DNA of 64,000 nt. Source: an uncultured Gemmatimonadales bacterium. Lineage in GTDB: Bacteria > Gemmatimonadota > Gemmatimonadetes > Gemmatimonadales > Gemmatimonadaceae. Each line of letters starts with the position of its first letter. Within the stretch, counting starts at the first letter, position 1. Positions 61,016 through 64,000 of the stretch are shown here, piece by piece. The stretch spans positions 96,001 to 160,000 of the forward strand of contig CAWKNZ010000006.1 in NCBI GenBank assembly GCA_963851265.1, given 5' to 3'. The translations under genes and the position numbers were made by a program. The notes under the pieces were generated by a model, which did no database searches, was not told the origin of the DNA, and saw only the letters and a list, made by a program, of their open reading frames with translations.

Positions 61016-62719
61016 ATGACTTTCTATCGGACAGTGACGCGGACCGCGGCGGTCCTCGCGGCCGCCGCCCTCGGGCTCGCGGGCTGCAAGGACGCCACGA
61101 GCCTTCCGGAAACGGCGCAGACCTTCGTCTCGCCCGACCGGTACTACCAGAACGACGCGCAGGCGGCGGCGGCCGTGAACGGCGCGTACGCGCCGATCAT
61201 GGGCTGGAACGGGTGGAAGTCGCCCGCCCAGTACTCCGTGATGTGCGACGACAACGAGATGACCTGCTGGAACTGGATGGCGGGCGGCTGGGCCGGGCAG
61301 CAGGGCGGCCAGTGGTACATGCAGGACAACAGCCTCTACATCGGCGACTACCAGATCATCGAGCGGGCGAACGAGATCCTGGCGAACGTGCCGAAGAGCA
61401 CGGGGATCACGGACGCGATGAAGAAGACGGCCACCGGCCAGGCGTACTTCGCCCGGGGGTACGCCTACTTCGACCTCGTCCGGCGCTACGGCGGCGTCCC
61501 GATCCGCACGGCGCAGTACACGCCCGACCCCCAGAACGGGGCGATGGCGCGGGCCGAGCCCGGGGCGGTGTGGAAGCAGGCCGCGAGCGACCTGCGCCAG
61601 TCGACGGCGCTGCTGCCGGCCACGTACACCACGCCTAACGGCCAGGGACTGCCGCGCCTCGCGACGGCGTGGGGGCTCCTCGCCAAGGTCTACCTGCACA
61701 TGGCCGGCGCCGAGGCGGTCGGCACGTCGCTCGCGTCGGCGAAATCGGCGTACATCGACTCGGCGCGCGCGGCGGCGCAGCTCGAAATGGCCGACGCGTC
61801 GGTCACGCTCGAGCCGGACTACATGGCGCTGTACGACATCAACAAGCAGAACACGAGCCCCGAGATCCTCTTCGCGGCGCAGGGCGCCGCGGTGAACAAC
61901 GGCGGCTCGCAGATCCCGGCGTTCCTCACCCCGCAGGGCGACTGCACGCTGATCGGCGGCTGCGGGATGGGGTTCCTCAGCATCCGCGAGGACTTCTACC
62001 GCGGCTTCGAGGCGGGCGACGCGCGCGTCGCGCCGAACAAGGCGGTCGCGATGTCGTGGGAGTACACGCGGAGCGCCGCCGGGAAGATCCGCGTCCTGCA
62101 GACCGACTCGCTCGCGAAGCTCAAGGCCTCGGGGCTGGTCGTCAGCGACAAGACGTTCAACTACGGCGCGTGGACGGAGGCGTGCGCGGCGTTCGGGACC
62201 AACCTCGACTCGCTCACCGTGCAGAACCCGTCCACCGGCGCGACGACCACCTCGGTGATCGGCGTGTCGCGGCCGCTCTACAGCCTCAAGTACATCGACC
62301 CGCAGCACCTCACGTCCGACCAGGCGGCGGCGAACAACTTCATCCTGCTGCGCCACGCCGACGTGCTGCTCGTGTTCGCCGAAGCGGAGAACGAGAAGAA
62401 CGGCCCGACGGCTGCCGCCTACAGCGCGATCAACAAGGTGCGCGCCCGCGCGGCCCTGAAGCCGCTCGCCGGGCTGAGCCAGGACCAGTTCCGCCAGGCG
62501 GTGTGGACGGAGCGCGAGCACGAGCTCTACGCGGAGTTCCAGGCGCGCTTCGACCTCGTCCGCGAGGGGCGCTGGCTCGCCCTGATGAACGCGCCGTCGA
62601 CCGTGTCGGACCTCGCGACCGGCCCGTGCCGCCCGCGGCAGTCGTTCCAGGTGCTGCAGAACATCCCGGGCCGCGAGCTGTCGGCCAACCCGCTGATGAC
62701 GCAGAACCCGGGCTACTGA
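61016..62719 (+). CDS. SusD/RagB family glycan-binding lipoprotein
   Basis: Lipobox LAGC; QAYFARGYAYFDLVRRYGGVP; LLAKVYL; RHADVLL; EREHEL..E..RFDL.R; QNPGY. Confidence 0.93.
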   Translation: MTFYRTVTRTAAVLAAAALGLAGCKDATSLPETAQTFVSPDRYYQNDAQAAAAVNGAYAPIMGWNGWKSPAQYSVMCDDNEMTCWNWMAGGWAGQQGGQWYMQDNSLYIGDYQIIERANEILANVPKSTGITDAMKKTATGQAYFARGYAYFDLVRRYGGVPIRTAQYTPDPQNGAMARAEPGAVWKQAASDLRQSTALLPATYTTPNGQGLPRLATAWGLLAKVYLHMAGAEAVGTSLASAKSAYIDSARAAAQLEMADASVTLEPDYMALYDINKQNTSPEILFAAQGAAVNNGGSQIPAFLTPQGDCTLIGGCGMGFLSIREDFYRGFEAGDARVAPNKAVAMSWEYTRSAAGKIRVLQTDSLAKLKASGLVVSDKTFNYGAWTEACAAFGTNLDSLTVQNPSTGATTTSVIGVSRPLYSLKYIDPQHLTSDQAAANNFILLRHADVLLVFAEAENEKNGPTAAAYSAINKVRARAALKPLAGLSQDQFRQAVWTEREHELYAEFQARFDLVREGRWLALMNAPSTVSDLATGPCRPRQSFQVLQNIPGRELSANPLMTQNPGY

Positions 62720-62739
62720 GCGGGCCGCCGCTGGACGAC

Positions 62740-62804
62740 GGACCCCCGCTTCCGCGGGGGTGACACCCCTCGTGCAGTCGCCCCCGCGCAGGCGGGGGTC
62801 CACC
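62740..62804. repeat. Pair of REP-like elements in opposite orientation
   Basis: GGACCCCCGCTTCCGCGGGGGTGAC (minus-strand copy) and GTCGCCCCCGCGCAGGCGGGGGTCCACC (plus-strand copy), 12 bp apart. Confidence 0.7.
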
Positions 62805-62837
62805 TCTCCCTCGCGACCGCGGTAGCCACAACGCCCC

Positions 62838-64000
62838 GTGAACCTTCATCCGGTCGACCTGCTCATCATCGGCGCGTACCTCGCGTCGACCGTCGCCGTC
62901 GGCTTCTGGATCTCGAAGCGCGCGTCGCGCAACCTGAAGAGCTACTTCCTCGGCGGCAACGAGATCTCGTGGTGGATGCTGGGCGTGTCGAACGCCTCCG
63001 GGATGTTCGACATCAGCGGGACGATGTGGCTGGTGTACCTGCTGTTCGTGTACGGGTTGAAGAGCGTCTGGATCCCGTGGCTCTGGCCGATCTTCAACCA
63101 GATCTTCCTGATGATCTTCCTCTCGGTCTGGCTCCGGCGGTCCGGAGTCATGACCGGGGCGGAGTGGATCACGTTCCGCTTCGGGCGCGGGCGCGGGGCG
63201 AACCTCGCGCACCTCAGCGTGGTGGCGTTCGCGCTCATCAACGTGATCGGCTTTCTGGCCTACGCGTTCATCGGCGTGGGCAAGTTCGCGGCGACGTTCC
63301 TCCCGTACCACCTCTCGGCCGACCCGGCGACTAACGTCAACCTGTGGGGGCTGCTGATCACCGCGCTCACGACGGTCTACGTGGTGAAGGGCGGGATGTT
63401 CTCGGTGGTGTTCACCGAGGTGTTGCAGGCGGTGCTCAAGACGATCGCTTGCGTCTGGATCGGGGTCATCGCCATGCAGCGCGTGAGTCCGGCGATGCTG
63501 CGCGCGGCGGTGCCGGCCGGGTGGTACTCGCCGGCGTTCGGGTGGAAGCTCGACCTCGACTGGTCGCGCCTGATGCCGGCCGCGAACGCACGGATCGCGC
63601 AGGACGGGTGGACGCTGTTCGGCGCGTTCTTCATGATGGTGGTGTTCAAGGGCGTGCTGCTGAGCCTCGCCGGCCCCGCGCCCAACTACGACATGCAGCG
63701 CGTGCTCTCGACGCGCACGCCGCGCGACGCGGCGAAGATGAGCGGGCTCGTGAGCCTCGTGCTCATGCCGTTCCGCTACATGCTCATCACCGCGCTCGCG
63801 GTGCTCGCGCTCGCGTTCTACAGCCCGCAGCTGCGCGCGATGGGCGACAAGGTGGACTTCGAGCTCATCCTCCCGTTCACGATGCGCAACTTCGTGCCGA
63901 CGGGGCTCCTCGGGCTGCTGATCGCCGCGCTGCTCGCCGCGTTCATGGCGACCTACTCCGCGACCGTGAACGCCGCGCCGGCGTACATCGTCAACGACAT
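62838..64000 (+). CDS. Sodium:solute symporter (SSS) family; 3' end runs out of the window
   Basis: GTG start VNLHPVDLLIIGAYL..; SYFLGG..ISWW; NASGMFDISGT; KGGMFSVVFTE; MQRVLS. Not in the ORF track because there is no stop codon in the window. Confidence 0.92.
   Translation, partial: MNLHPVDLLIIGAYLASTVAVGFWISKRASRNLKSYFLGGNEISWWMLGVSNASGMFDISGTMWLVYLLFVYGLKSVWIPWLWPIFNQIFLMIFLSVWLRRSGVMTGAEWITFRFGRGRGANLAHLSVVAFALINVIGFLAYAFIGVGKFAATFLPYHLSADPATNVNLWGLLITALTTVYVVKGGMFSVVFTEVLQAVLKTIACVWIGVIAMQRVSPAMLRAAVPAGWYSPAFGWKLDLDWSRLMPAANARIAQDGWTLFGAFFMMVVFKGVLLSLAGPAPNYDMQRVLSTRTPRDAAKMSGLVSLVLMPFRYMLITALAVLALAFYSPQLRAMGDKVDFELILPFTMRNFVPTGLLGLLIAALLAAFMATYSATVNAAPAYIVND

Overview
Very GC-rich (roughly 73-75% by eye) bacterial chromosomal window. 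The gene content is Gemmatimonadota-like (inference): three VPS10/BNR-repeat beta-propeller proteins, three PEP-CTERM proteins, many secreted peptidases and hydrolases, and a SusC/SusD pair outside a Bacteroidota GC range. Main blocks: the 3' end of a cobA-like methyltransferase; a BNR gene - PEP-CTERM - chimeric relic - PEP-CTERM - BNR gene locus; a hmuTUV heme ABC importer; a frameshifted Tat-GH43 gene; a bphO-bphP-response regulator-hybrid kinase red-light operon; a membrane PAS-GGDEF-EAL protein; phosphoketolase; S9, M16, M1 and DUF885 peptidases; a molybdopterin-oxidoreductase pseudogene; a histidine kinase with a plant ETR1-like ethylene-binding domain; and the start of a ROK-regulated polysaccharide utilisation locus. 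No rRNA, tRNA, CRISPR array, integrase or transposase was seen. The most striking signal not explained by the genes is a dispersed, strand-balanced motif, YGTTAGGCR (core GTTAGGC/GCCTAAC). I count 22 exact core copies, and it forces very rare TTA and CCT codons inside otherwise strongly GC-biased genes, as a selected DNA signal would. The second is a tandemly duplicated slot between two BNR genes that carries two different PEP-CTERM genes. Start codons are my estimates and all counts were made by hand.
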